Of a stretch of DNA of 34,509 nucleotides, positions 23,900 to 31,815 are shown in pieces. Position 1 is the first letter of the stretch; the number at the start of each line of letters is the position of its first letter. The position numbers and the translations under genes were made by a program. The stretch lies in IMG/VR virus record IMGVR_UViG_3300045988_143498, positions 1 through 34,509 of that record; one strand, 5' to 3'. The notes beneath the pieces were generated by a model. The model saw nothing but the letters and a program-made list of their open reading frames with translations, was not told the DNA's origin and searched no databases. This DNA is from a virus.

Positions 23900-24559
23900 G
23901 TGGTCAAAGTGGCTAATAAACGAATGTTCACAATGAAGATAGTTGACAGTGACGCTTTTCTAGAAATGCCACTATCAACACAATGTTTATATTTTCACTT
24001 AAACATGAGGGCTGATGATGATGGCTTTATTGGAAATCCAAAACGTATATGTAAGTTAGTTGGTTGTAATGATGATGACTTAAAGTTATTAATTGCTAAA
24101 AGGTTTGTGCTTGTATTTGATAACGGAGTTATTGTTATCAAGCACTGGAGAATGCACAATACTATCCAAAAAGACAGATATGTACCAACAACATACAGTG
24201 ATGAGTTTAAGCAATTAGGCATAAAAGACAATAAATCTTACACCTTATCACCTATGGAAACAAAATGTATACAAAATGTTTCCACAGATATAGATATAGA
24301 TAAAGATATTAATAAAGATATAGAGAATAAGATTATAGATTTATTATCATCATCAAAAGATATTTTTATAAGTATCAAATTGGAAAATGAGTACGAAGAA
24401 ACTTTGAAGATGATGATTAGAGCAGGACAAATCACAAAAAAAATACCATCACAAGGAAGATTGGAAGACTTGATGAAAGAAATGATTTTTGATAGACAGA
24501 ATGTTTGTAACAAACAGGGTTATTTGATTGAATGCTTTAGAAACGAGAGAGAACAATGA
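23900..24559 (+). CDS. Putative replication initiator / replisome organizer
   Basis: The N-terminal domain (FTMKIVDSDAFLEMPLSTQCLYFHLNMRADDDGFIGNP ... IKHWRMHNTIQKDR) resembles phage replication organizer proteins. An AT-rich repeat tract lies inside the gene. Confidence 0.6.
   Translation: MVKVANKRMFTMKIVDSDAFLEMPLSTQCLYFHLNMRADDDGFIGNPKRICKLVGCNDDDLKLLIAKRFVLVFDNGVIVIKHWRMHNTIQKDRYVPTTYSDEFKQLGIKDNKSYTLSPMETKCIQNVSTDIDIDKDINKDIENKIIDLLSSSKDIFISIKLENEYEETLKMMIRAGQITKKIPSQGRLEDLMKEMIFDRQNVCNKQGYLIECFRNEREQ
24261..24340 (+). repeat. Internal direct-repeat tract (candidate origin of replication)
   Basis: CAAAATGT x2 (24261-68, 24272-79), then GATATAGATATAGATAAAGATATTAATAAAGATATAGAGAATAAGATTATAGAT (24287-24340) with AGATATAGA x3. 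Confidence 0.45.
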
Positions 24560-24909
24560 GAAACAGTGAGAAAGTCTATCAAGTAATAGAAGGTGAAAAA
24601 GTAATCTTTGAAGGAACTGCAAGGGATATATGTGTTCATTTCAAAGGCGAATACAATGCTCATGATGTAAGGAACATTTATAGAATGTGTCACGATAATG
24701 AAAAGTGGTTAAAAAAGTATCTAATTAAATTCAAAGAAAAGCATAAAGCCATTATCGAAATTAGAAACAAAAAGACAAATGAGGTATTTGTTGGAACTAC
24801 TGAACAAGTGGCTAAAAAGCTATGGTTAAGTGAGCCTTATATATTGAGAACTGCAAGAACAAATGGAAGGTTATTGTACGAATGGATTGCGAAAGTCGTA
24901 GAGAATTAG
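24556..24909 (+). CDS. Hypothetical protein with two NUMOD1/IENR-like HTH modules (guess)
   Basis: VYQVIEGEKVIFEGTARDICVHF and IEIRNKKTNEVFVGTTEQVAKKLWLSEPYILRTARTNG resemble homing-endonuclease DNA-binding modules. No nuclease domain is present. Confidence 0.4.
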   Translation: MRNSEKVYQVIEGEKVIFEGTARDICVHFKGEYNAHDVRNIYRMCHDNEKWLKKYLIKFKEKHKAIIEIRNKKTNEVFVGTTEQVAKKLWLSEPYILRTARTNGRLLYEWIAKVVEN

Positions 24910-25097
24910 CTTTAAAAGAACTTGAAAAAGCAAGAAAACATTTTGAAAAGATATTCGATATTTTAGACAGAGAAGAAGAAATATTTGAACTTGAAACTTA
25001 CTATGGAACAATTGGTTGTTATCTTGATGACTTAAAGCACGAAATTGAAGATATGCAATTGTTTGAACAAAGCAAAAGGAATAAGAAAGGAAGTTAA
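24882..25097 (+). CDS. Hypothetical acidic protein (71 aa)
   Basis: Overlaps the upstream gene by 28 nt. A GGAAGG sequence lies 11 nt upstream of the ATG. Confidence 0.4.
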   Translation: MDCESRRELALKELEKARKHFEKIFDILDREEEIFELETYYGTIGCYLDDLKHEIEDMQLFEQSKRNKKGS

Positions 25098-25131
25098 ACA
25101 ATGCTAAACATTGTAAAAAGGAGTGATAAAC

Positions 25132-25464
25132 ATGGCAACAAAAATATGTGAAAGATGTGGGAAGAATAAGTTAATGCTTTCATGGGAAAGCTTATGTTAT
25201 GAATGCCAGAAGATAGTTGAACTTGAAAAAATTCAAGCTAATATTTTGGAAGCAACAGATGATGAAGAAGTGGACACCTTTTCAAGCGATTATGTTATTT
25301 GCCCTTATTGTGGAGAAGCTATGGACAATTGTTATGGATATGAAGATTTTCCTGAACTTTATGAAGAGGGAGACCATCTCGTTACTTGTCCTAACTGCGA
25401 TAAAGAGTTTGTTCTTGAAACATCAATATCTTACTATTATGAAACGCACAAGAAAGGAGAATAA
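25132..25464 (+). CDS. Double zinc-ribbon protein
   Basis: CERCG..CYECQ and CPYCG..CPNCD give four CxxC pairs. I chose the start at ATG 25132 (RBS AAGGAG); the track has GTG 25123. Confidence 0.6.
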   Translation: MATKICERCGKNKLMLSWESLCYECQKIVELEKIQANILEATDDEEVDTFSSDYVICPYCGEAMDNCYGYEDFPELYEEGDHLVTCPNCDKEFVLETSISYYYETHKKGE

Positions 25465-25466
25465 AA

Positions 25467-25874
25467 ATGTTAAATTATGATGAACACAAAGAGGAAATTG
25501 ACAAGATATTTAAAGATGGCAAATCATTATGCGAAATAAGCCAAACAATTTTAAAAGAGCATTGTTTAGGTTGTAATTCTAATAAAGAAAAGTACGCTAA
25601 TTGCAAAATTAAAACACTTGAATGGTTATGCCAAGAGCATATAGAACCAGTATTAAGTGATGAAGCTAAAACTTATTTAAAAACAATTATAGAGCCTGTT
25701 GAAGCTGTGGCAATTCGTAAAATATCAGATTATAACATTGGAACTTATAAATTAGATTTTTTTATCAAAGATGGTTATATCACTATTAAATTCAAAACAG
25801 GCACTAAATTATATGAATATTTTGAAGACATGGAATTAAACAAAGCATATACCTTAAAGGAGTTAGGATTATGA
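25467..25874 (+). CDS. Cys-rich paralog family member P1 (135 aa)
   Basis: Shares LEWL..EHIEPVLSDEAKTYLKTIIEP and the C-terminal MELNKAYTLKELGL with P2-P5. Its N-terminus is more diverged. Confidence 0.6.
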   Translation: MLNYDEHKEEIDKIFKDGKSLCEISQTILKEHCLGCNSNKEKYANCKIKTLEWLCQEHIEPVLSDEAKTYLKTIIEPVEAVAIRKISDYNIGTYKLDFFIKDGYITIKFKTGTKLYEYFEDMELNKAYTLKELGL

Positions 25875-26275
25875 AAAATATCGAAAAATATAAAGATGAA
25901 ATAAAAAGCAAAATCAAAGAAAAAAGTACATTAGACTGTGCGATTGCAGATTTAAGGGGGAATGCTTGTGATGAATGCTTTCGATGTACCGACTGCGGTT
26001 TAAAATCGTTAGATTGGCTACTTGAAGAATATAAAAAACCCCTTTTGACTGATGAAGGCATTAAATTTTTAAAAGAACATATAAAACAAAGTGGTGCGAT
26101 AGCTGTATACATTAAAATCACAAAAAAAGTAGCTAATTATTATGAATATCGTTTGGAAATTCATTTAGAGACAGGCTTGATATCGATACCGTTTGTGGAA
26201 AAAAGCAATCTATACGAAATGTTTAAAAACATGGAAATTGGTGTAAGTTATGCACCAGAGGATTTAGGATTATGA
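25871..26275 (+). CDS. Cys-rich paralog family member P2 (134 aa)
   Basis: N-terminal MKNIEKYKDEIK, then CxxCxxCxxC, LDWLLEEYKKPLLTDEG, and a C-terminal ...EDLGL. Confidence 0.6.
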   Translation: MKNIEKYKDEIKSKIKEKSTLDCAIADLRGNACDECFRCTDCGLKSLDWLLEEYKKPLLTDEGIKFLKEHIKQSGAIAVYIKITKKVANYYEYRLEIHLETGLISIPFVEKSNLYEMFKNMEIGVSYAPEDLGL

Positions 26276-26553
26276 CATTGATTTATAAATTAATTTTATG
26301 TCATTTAGTTGGTGACCATGTACTCCAACTAGACCATATAGCAAAGTCTAAGGGTAATAACTTGTATCACTTGTTAGTTCATTGCCTGCTATATACATTG
26401 CCTTTTTACATTATGTTTGGTTACGACTGGCGTTTATCAATTATATTTTTAGCACATACAATTGTTGATTTACTAAAAGCTAAATATAAAAAGATAAGCT
26501 ATAAAACAGACCAATTAATCCATTTCGTTACACTTTTAATTTATGTTTTTTAG
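26272..26553 (+). CDS. DUF3307-like small membrane protein
   Basis: The HLVGDHVLQ motif and hydrophobic helices. The gene interrupts the paralog array exactly at a junction. Confidence 0.55.
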   Translation: MTLIYKLILCHLVGDHVLQLDHIAKSKGNNLYHLLVHCLLYTLPFYIMFGYDWRLSIIFLAHTIVDLLKAKYKKISYKTDQLIHFVTLLIYVF

Positions 26554-26568
26554 AAAGGAGTTAGGGCT

Positions 26569-26964
26569 ATGAAGAATATCGAAAAATATAAAGATGAAAT
26601 AAAAGCCGAGCTTGAAAAAGATAAGACTTTAGGATGTGTGGTTAATAAATTAATGGGGAATACATGTGATGACTATTCAAAATGTAATGATTGCTATTTA
26701 AAAGTATTAGATTGGCTATTACAAGAATGCAAAGAGCCTATATTGGATGATATAGAAAAAGAATATTTAAGTGCAGTGATTAAGCCATTTAGAAAAAGAA
26801 TTAAATCAATCAAAAAAGCTTATTATTCAGGCAATTCAGCGTACATTAGTATAGCAATGAATGAATGTGAGCATATTTTCTTACCATATTTCAATTTAAA
26901 TAGTGGAATGTATAAAAGAATGGAAATTAACAAAGATTATACTTTAAAGGAGCTAGGACTATGA
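26569..26964 (+). CDS. Cys-rich paralog family member P3 (131 aa)
   Basis: MKNIEKYKDEIK ... LDWLLQECKEPILDD ... MEINKDYTLKELGL. Confidence 0.6.
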   Translation: MKNIEKYKDEIKAELEKDKTLGCVVNKLMGNTCDDYSKCNDCYLKVLDWLLQECKEPILDDIEKEYLSAVIKPFRKRIKSIKKAYYSGNSAYISIAMNECEHIFLPYFNLNSGMYKRMEINKDYTLKELGL

Positions 26965-27389
26965 AAAATATCGAAAAATATAAAAATGAAATACTTAAAT
27001 ATGCTGGTTACCAACATTCATTAATGTGCTTAATTTATGAAAACATTATGAAAAAAAATGACTGCACTGGTTATTGTTCCAAATGTAAAAGGGAAACGAT
27101 TGAATGGTTAACTAGTGAATACAAAGAGCCTATTCTAACCGATAAAGAAAAAAGATACTTAAAGAATGTGATTGAACCTAAAAAGGATGATATTACATGG
27201 ATTAGAAAATGGTGCTTTTATAAAGGCACAGAAAGCGAATATACTACCGTTACTGTTTATGCAAAACATCCAGCCTTTACATCACCTAATTCGTTATGGG
27301 TATTACTAGATTTTATAGTAACTGAAGAAATGCCATTTAAAGGCATGGAACTAGAAAAAGCATACAGTCTTGAGGAGTTAGGGCTATGA
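26961..27389 (+). CDS. Cys-rich paralog family member P4 (142 aa)
   Basis: MKNIEKYKNEI ... IEWLTSEYKEPILTD ... MELEKAYSLEELGL. Confidence 0.6.
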   Translation: MKNIEKYKNEILKYAGYQHSLMCLIYENIMKKNDCTGYCSKCKRETIEWLTSEYKEPILTDKEKRYLKNVIEPKKDDITWIRKWCFYKGTESEYTTVTVYAKHPAFTSPNSLWVLLDFIVTEEMPFKGMELEKAYSLEELGL

Positions 27390-27796
27390 AGAATATTGAA
27401 AAATATGAAGAAGTAATTAAAAAACAAATTGCTGAATTTAGAGATATACCTTGTATAGCTAAAGAGTTAAAAGATGGCGGTTGCTGTGAATGTCGAAATT
27501 GTGTGACTTGCAGTATGGAAATGTTACATTGGCTATCACAAGAGTATAAAGCGCCTGTTTTAACCGAAGAAGGCAAAGCCTATTTATCAAACTTATTAAA
27601 GCCATATGGTTTAGGTACTTGTGCATTTCAATTCAACTTATCAGAAGTTGTTAAAAACGATACATACAAATTAACTATTGCTGATGAGTATGGAATAATC
27701 ATAAATCTAGCTATTAGACAAGATAGTGAAATGCAAGAACTATTTAGAAAAATGCAATTCAACAAGGTATATGCAGTGAAGGAGTTAGGGCTATGA
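27386..27796 (+). CDS. Cys-rich paralog family member P5 (136 aa)
   Basis: MKNIEKYEEVIK ... CCECRNCVTC ... LHWLSQEYKAPVLTEEG ... FNKVYAVKELGL. Confidence 0.6.
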   Translation: MKNIEKYEEVIKKQIAEFRDIPCIAKELKDGGCCECRNCVTCSMEMLHWLSQEYKAPVLTEEGKAYLSNLLKPYGLGTCAFQFNLSEVVKNDTYKLTIADEYGIIINLAIRQDSEMQELFRKMQFNKVYAVKELGL

Positions 27797-27996
27797 TAGA
27801 TAAACCTACAAGACTAGTACCTAACAAGCACTACAAGAAAGAGGTTCTTATGATGTGCGATAAACAAGACATAATCGATTATTGCCACGAAATGGAACAA
27901 AGGTTATTTCAAGCAATGCTGATAATCGATAAGTTAATCGAACGAAAAGAATTAAACGATAAAGACAAAGCGTTGTTAGAGGAAATCTATGGATAA
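27793..27996 (+). CDS. Hypothetical protein (67 aa)
   Basis: Starts at the last conserved junction (AAGGAGTTAGGGCTATGA) and is translationally coupled to the next gene. Confidence 0.5.
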   Translation: MIDKPTRLVPNKHYKKEVLMMCDKQDIIDYCHEMEQRLFQAMLIIDKLIERKELNDKDKALLEEIYG

Positions 27997-28894
27997 TGAA
28001 TGGCTTTTGTTTGATAGGGTAGAAAAAATCAAACAAATCATAAATCAATATGGCGAGGATAACTTCTATATATCATTCTCTGGTGGTAAAGATAGTACGA
28101 TATTACACCATTTAGTGGATATGGCATTACCCGATAACAAGATACCGAGAGTATTTAGTAATACGGGGATTGAATACAATATGATATTAGAGTTTGTAAA
28201 AGACCAAGCCATTAATGATAGTAGATTTAAGATAATATATCCTAAAAAGAATATTAAAAACATGCTTGAAAATGTTGGTTATCCATTCAAATCAAAGCAA
28301 CATTCTCATATTGTAGGAATATTCCAAAGAAGCGGTAAAAGTTTATCAGTTAGAAAATATTTAAAAGAAGTTGAAGGTAATAATGTGATATGTTGCCCTA
28401 AAAAATTGCAATATCAATTTACAGACAATTTTAATATTAAGTTAAGTGATAAATGTTGTTATGAATTAAAAAAGAAACCATTTAAACAATGGGAAAAAGA
28501 AAACAACAAAACCATTGCAATCACTGGAATGCGAACCGAAGAGGGTGGGCAAAGAATGGGGATGAATTGTATTGTTATGGATAAAGATAAAAAAATTATA
28601 AAGTTTCATCCATTATCTGTTGTTTCTAACGAATGGGAAGAATGGTTTATTAAAAAATTCAATATAGAACTATGTAAGTTATATTATCCACCCTATAACT
28701 TTGAACGCACAGGATGTAAAGGTTGCCCGTTTGCACTACAGTTACAAGAACAATTAGATTTAATGGAAAAACTTTTACCCAACGAAAGAAAACAATGTGA
28801 ATTTATATTTCAACCTGTTTACGAAGAGTATCGAAGAATAGGTTATCGACTAAAACCATATAAACAAATGAAATTATTGGAGGAGATAAGATGA
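27989..28894 (+). CDS. PAPS reductase / PP-loop ATP-pyrophosphatase family protein
   Basis: ISFSGGKDSTILHHL is an SGGxDS PP-loop. The C-terminus has the cysteine pair RTGCKGCPF. 301 aa. Confidence 0.8.
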   Translation: MDNEWLLFDRVEKIKQIINQYGEDNFYISFSGGKDSTILHHLVDMALPDNKIPRVFSNTGIEYNMILEFVKDQAINDSRFKIIYPKKNIKNMLENVGYPFKSKQHSHIVGIFQRSGKSLSVRKYLKEVEGNNVICCPKKLQYQFTDNFNIKLSDKCCYELKKKPFKQWEKENNKTIAITGMRTEEGGQRMGMNCIVMDKDKKIIKFHPLSVVSNEWEEWFIKKFNIELCKLYYPPYNFERTGCKGCPFALQLQEQLDLMEKLLPNERKQCEFIFQPVYEEYRRIGYRLKPYKQMKLLEEIR

Positions 28895-29046
28895 ATAAAT
28901 ACTTTGTAATTGGACTTATAACAGCATTTGTGGGGTTTGGAATTTACGATATCAAAAAAACAATCGAGGTTAAAAAAGAAATCGAACGTAATAAAAAGTT
29001 AAGACAAAAGAAATACGAACAAAGACTTAAGGAGTTAAGAGACTAA
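28891..29046 (+). CDS. Small membrane ORF (51 aa)
   Basis: ATGA and TAATG coupling. By my translation: MNKYFVIGLITAFVGFGIYDIKKTIEVKKEIERNKKLRQKKYEQRLKELRD. Not in the ORF track. Confidence 0.4.
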   Translation: MNKYFVIGLITAFVGFGIYDIKKTIEVKKEIERNKKLRQKKYEQRLKELRD

Positions 29047-29282
29047 TGTTAGATATCAAAAAGAAGCTAGCCGACAACGAAAGTGCTTATATTCAAGGTT
29101 TAATTAGTTCGGAAGAATACACCGCAAATCGTAAAAAGATATTAAGTCAATACAATACTGAAAATCATATGAGGGTTATGGAAACTGGAGATTGGGACTG
29201 TTCAGGCTTATGCGGAACATCTGCATTTGACCCACGTAAAACAATTTACGAATGTAAAGGAATTAAACATGATAAAGATTGA
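29046..29282 (+). CDS. Hypothetical protein (78 aa)
   Basis: Coupled start. No recognised motif. Confidence 0.5.
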   Translation: MLDIKKKLADNESAYIQGLISSEEYTANRKKILSQYNTENHMRVMETGDWDCSGLCGTSAFDPRKTIYECKGIKHDKD

Positions 29283-29553
29283 TAAAGACTTTAGCATAAT
29301 TGCTGATGATAACTGTTATATAGTTTCCAGATATTATGGCAAAGACAAGAACGGTGAAGATGTTTATAAAAACCTAACATATCATAGAACGCTAAAAGAG
29401 GCGCTTACAGCGTTAATTAGAAAAAAGCAAATAAAACTAGTAGCCGACAACGAATTAACGCTACAGGAAGCCTTAAACGAGTTTAAACGCATTGAGGAAG
29501 ATATTGAACAAGCACTCAAGGAGAATATCAAGGAAGGTGAAAAACAAGGATAG
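29269..29553 (+). CDS. Hypothetical protein (94 aa)
   Basis: I chose the start at ATG 29269 (AAAGG 8 nt upstream); the track start is 29227. Confidence 0.5.
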   Translation: MIKIDKDFSIIADDNCYIVSRYYGKDKNGEDVYKNLTYHRTLKEALTALIRKKQIKLVADNELTLQEALNEFKRIEEDIEQALKENIKEGEKQG

Positions 29554-29731
29554 ATACAATCTTAAAGACTTAAAGTTTAGAGCAACAAGAGATAGAAGAC
29601 AAGACTTTAAACTACCTTTAAGACACTGGAAGATTGAAATATTTAAAGATGGTGAACACATTGAAACAAAATATTGTGAAGGTGGTTCAATAACCGATTT
29701 AATGGCGTGGTTAGAAAGTGAGGAAGAATGA
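29492..29731 (+). CDS. Hypothetical basic protein (start uncertain)
   Basis: Overlaps the previous gene by 62 nt from ATG 29492. An alternative GTG at 29537 follows AAGGAG. Confidence 0.35.
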   Translation: MRKILNKHSRRISRKVKNKDRYNLKDLKFRATRDRRQDFKLPLRHWKIEIFKDGEHIETKYCEGGSITDLMAWLESEEE

Positions 29732-29976
29732 AATATAAAGTTCATTTTGATTTAATATTTGATGATGAGGTAGAAGCCGAGAATGAATATGAAGCATTTA
29801 AGTTAGCTTTTCATAGTGCGATTGTAGGCGGTGCATGGAACTATCGTGTTGAGGAACTTGAGGACAATGAAACTGATGATGGAATTAAATTCTATTTTGA
29901 CACCGAGAGTGAAGGATATAAAGAAATTGTTAGACAAGTGGAAAATTTGAGTGAAAGTAGAGGTTCTAAATGCTAA
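29728..29976 (+). CDS. Hypothetical acidic protein (82 aa)
   Basis: ATGA coupling. No recognised motif. Confidence 0.5.
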   Translation: MKYKVHFDLIFDDEVEAENEYEAFKLAFHSAIVGGAWNYRVEELEDNETDDGIKFYFDTESEGYKEIVRQVENLSESRGSKC

Positions 29977-30443
29977 ATAATGTAAATCTAATTGGTCGAG
30001 TGACTAAAGAAATTGAATTAAGAAAAACACAATCAAATAAAAGTGTAGTCAAGTTTACGTTGGCGGTTGATGATGGCAAGGATGGGCAAGGGAATAGTAG
30101 AACACAATTCATTGATTGCCAAGCATGGGAAGGGTTGGCTGAAACTATTCAAAAGTATGTGTTAAAAGGTGATATGGTAAACATCAACGGTAAGCTAGTC
30201 AATAACAACTATGAAAGCAACGGAGTTAAGTATTATTCTTATCTAGTATTGGCAAGTGGGATGACTTTACTACCTAACAAGAGACTTAATGAACAAAAGC
30301 CACAGCAAGTGGCTAATCAAGTAACTAATCAATACGAACCACAATACAATGAACCACAATACCAGCAACAGTCAATTAGAAGTGATGGAAGAAATGTTAC
30401 AGGCGGTGTAACCTTTGAGCCTGATGATTTACCGTTCTATTAA
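29970..30443 (+). CDS. ssb: Single-stranded DNA-binding protein
   Basis: OB-fold N-terminus (NNVNLIGRVTKEIELRKT..KFTLAV ... FIDCQAWEGLAE), a Q/P-rich linker and the acidic tip DDLPFY. Confidence 0.9.
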   Translation: MLNNVNLIGRVTKEIELRKTQSNKSVVKFTLAVDDGKDGQGNSRTQFIDCQAWEGLAETIQKYVLKGDMVNINGKLVNNNYESNGVKYYSYLVLASGMTLLPNKRLNEQKPQQVANQVTNQYEPQYNEPQYQQQSIRSDGRNVTGGVTFEPDDLPFY

Positions 30444-30456
30444 TAGGGGGGGATTT

Positions 30457-30708
30457 ATGACAAAAGAAGAAAGGGAATTGTTTTTAAACTTTGTAGATGG
30501 TAAACGAAAATATGACAGAACTAAAAATCTTGTTGTAAAAAAGGTTTCAAAGTCAAAAGGAAGATATAAAAACGCTGTCTATGTTTATTCAATGTGTGGT
30601 TTAGAAGATAAAAGGGAATTTCCATACCCCTTTATTAAAGAAATGAAAAGTAATAGATTTTATACAATTAACGAAATTATTAATTTCTATAAAGAGAATG
30701 AAAAATGA
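30457..30708 (+). CDS. Hypothetical protein (83 aa)
   Basis: I chose the start at ATG 30457 after a GGGGGGA RBS; the track start is 30415. Confidence 0.5.
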   Translation: MTKEERELFLNFVDGKRKYDRTKNLVVKKVSKSKGRYKNAVYVYSMCGLEDKREFPYPFIKEMKSNRFYTINEIINFYKENEK

Positions 30709-30726
30709 AGGGAAAGGATAAAGATA

Positions 30727-30987
30727 ATGAATATTAAAAATATTACAAAAAGTACTAACCAAGTAAATATGACACTTGAGAAAGATGAACTTGTAATGCT
30801 CTGTAATGTTATGTATCATGCCAAAATTACTATTTCGGATGAGACTAAAAGAGAGTTATTCCATAAACTATATGCTGATTTAATCATGGTAACGAATTTG
30901 TGTCAGTATGGTCATGTTGATGACTTTGCTTTCAATCTCATCATGGACGAAAGAAAATATGCTAAAGATATTAGGGAGTGCAAATAA
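30727..30987 (+). CDS. Hypothetical protein (86 aa)
   Basis: Codon-consistent ORF in the early operon. Confidence 0.5.
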   Translation: MNIKNITKSTNQVNMTLEKDELVMLCNVMYHAKITISDETKRELFHKLYADLIMVTNLCQYGHVDDFAFNLIMDERKYAKDIRECK

Positions 30988-31319
30988 TGACAAAAGAAGG
31001 AAGCCCATTAACACGTGTTGAACAAGAAGTTTTAAAAGAGTGGATGTGGGGAATATTTGATGAAATAGTTTATATCATTTTGGACTCAAAAGAAAAAATC
31101 AAACTAATAGAGGGGAAAGATGATAAGCCAGATACATATCGTTTTAGGTTTATTTTCCAAACTAAGGATGGAAAGTTGTATAAATTGATTAAGCTATTGG
31201 ATATTAATATTATGTCTAATCTTAACTATAATTTTAATCTTAACTTTAGTATGGCAATTGGAAGAAAATACACAAAAGTTGAATTGTTTGATTATGACTT
31301 GTTTAGCAGATATGAATAA
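30987..31319 (+). CDS. Hypothetical protein (110 aa)
   Basis: I chose the start at ATG 30987 (RBS AGGGAG, TAATG coupling); the track has GTG 30978. Confidence 0.5.
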   Translation: MTKEGSPLTRVEQEVLKEWMWGIFDEIVYIILDSKEKIKLIEGKDDKPDTYRFRFIFQTKDGKLYKLIKLLDINIMSNLNYNFNLNFSMAIGRKYTKVELFDYDLFSRYE

Positions 31320-31342
31320 TAGAAAGGGAGTTAAAAACTTAA

Positions 31343-31618
31343 ATGACAACAGTTGAAACAGTAATTCAAAAAGCAATTGAAAGATACGGAGCTGATTTGC
31401 AAAAGCAAGTAGCCATTGAAGAAATGGCGGAGCTTACAAAGGAAATTTGCAAGGACTTTAGAGGAAAAGGAAATAGAGAACACATTCTTGAAGAAATAGC
31501 TGATGTAAAAATCATGCTATCTCAATTATTAATTATGTATGACATAAAAGTTTGGGAATTGAATGATGTAATTGTTAGTAAATTAACTAGATTAGAAGAA
31601 AGATTGAAAGGTGAATAA
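31343..31618 (+). CDS. MazG-like nucleotide pyrophosphohydrolase
   Basis: IEEMAELTKEI and ILEEIADVKIML match the all-alpha NTP-PPase EExxE...ExxD pattern. 91 aa. Confidence 0.65.
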   Translation: MTTVETVIQKAIERYGADLQKQVAIEEMAELTKEICKDFRGKGNREHILEEIADVKIMLSQLLIMYDIKVWELNDVIVSKLTRLEERLKGE

Positions 31619-31620
31619 AC

Positions 31621-31815
31621 ATGGATATCGTAGGTATATTATTACTAGTCTTGATTGTGATTATGTTTGTTAACTTTGTTGGCACTTTAAAAGAAATGGA
31701 AGAGGTCATTGATGAAATTATTGAAAAACACAACACCACGGTTAACATGGTTAATACGTTAAATAATAGAATTAAAGATGTAGCAGAGGAGCAAAATGAA
31801 CGAAAAAGAAGTTGA
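31621..31815 (+). CDS. Small membrane-anchored protein (64 aa)
   Basis: N-terminal TM helix (IVGILLLVLIVIMFVNFVG). Confidence 0.45.
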   Translation: MDIVGILLLVLIVIMFVNFVGTLKEMEEVIDEIIEKHNTTVNMVNTLNNRIKDVAEEQNERKRS

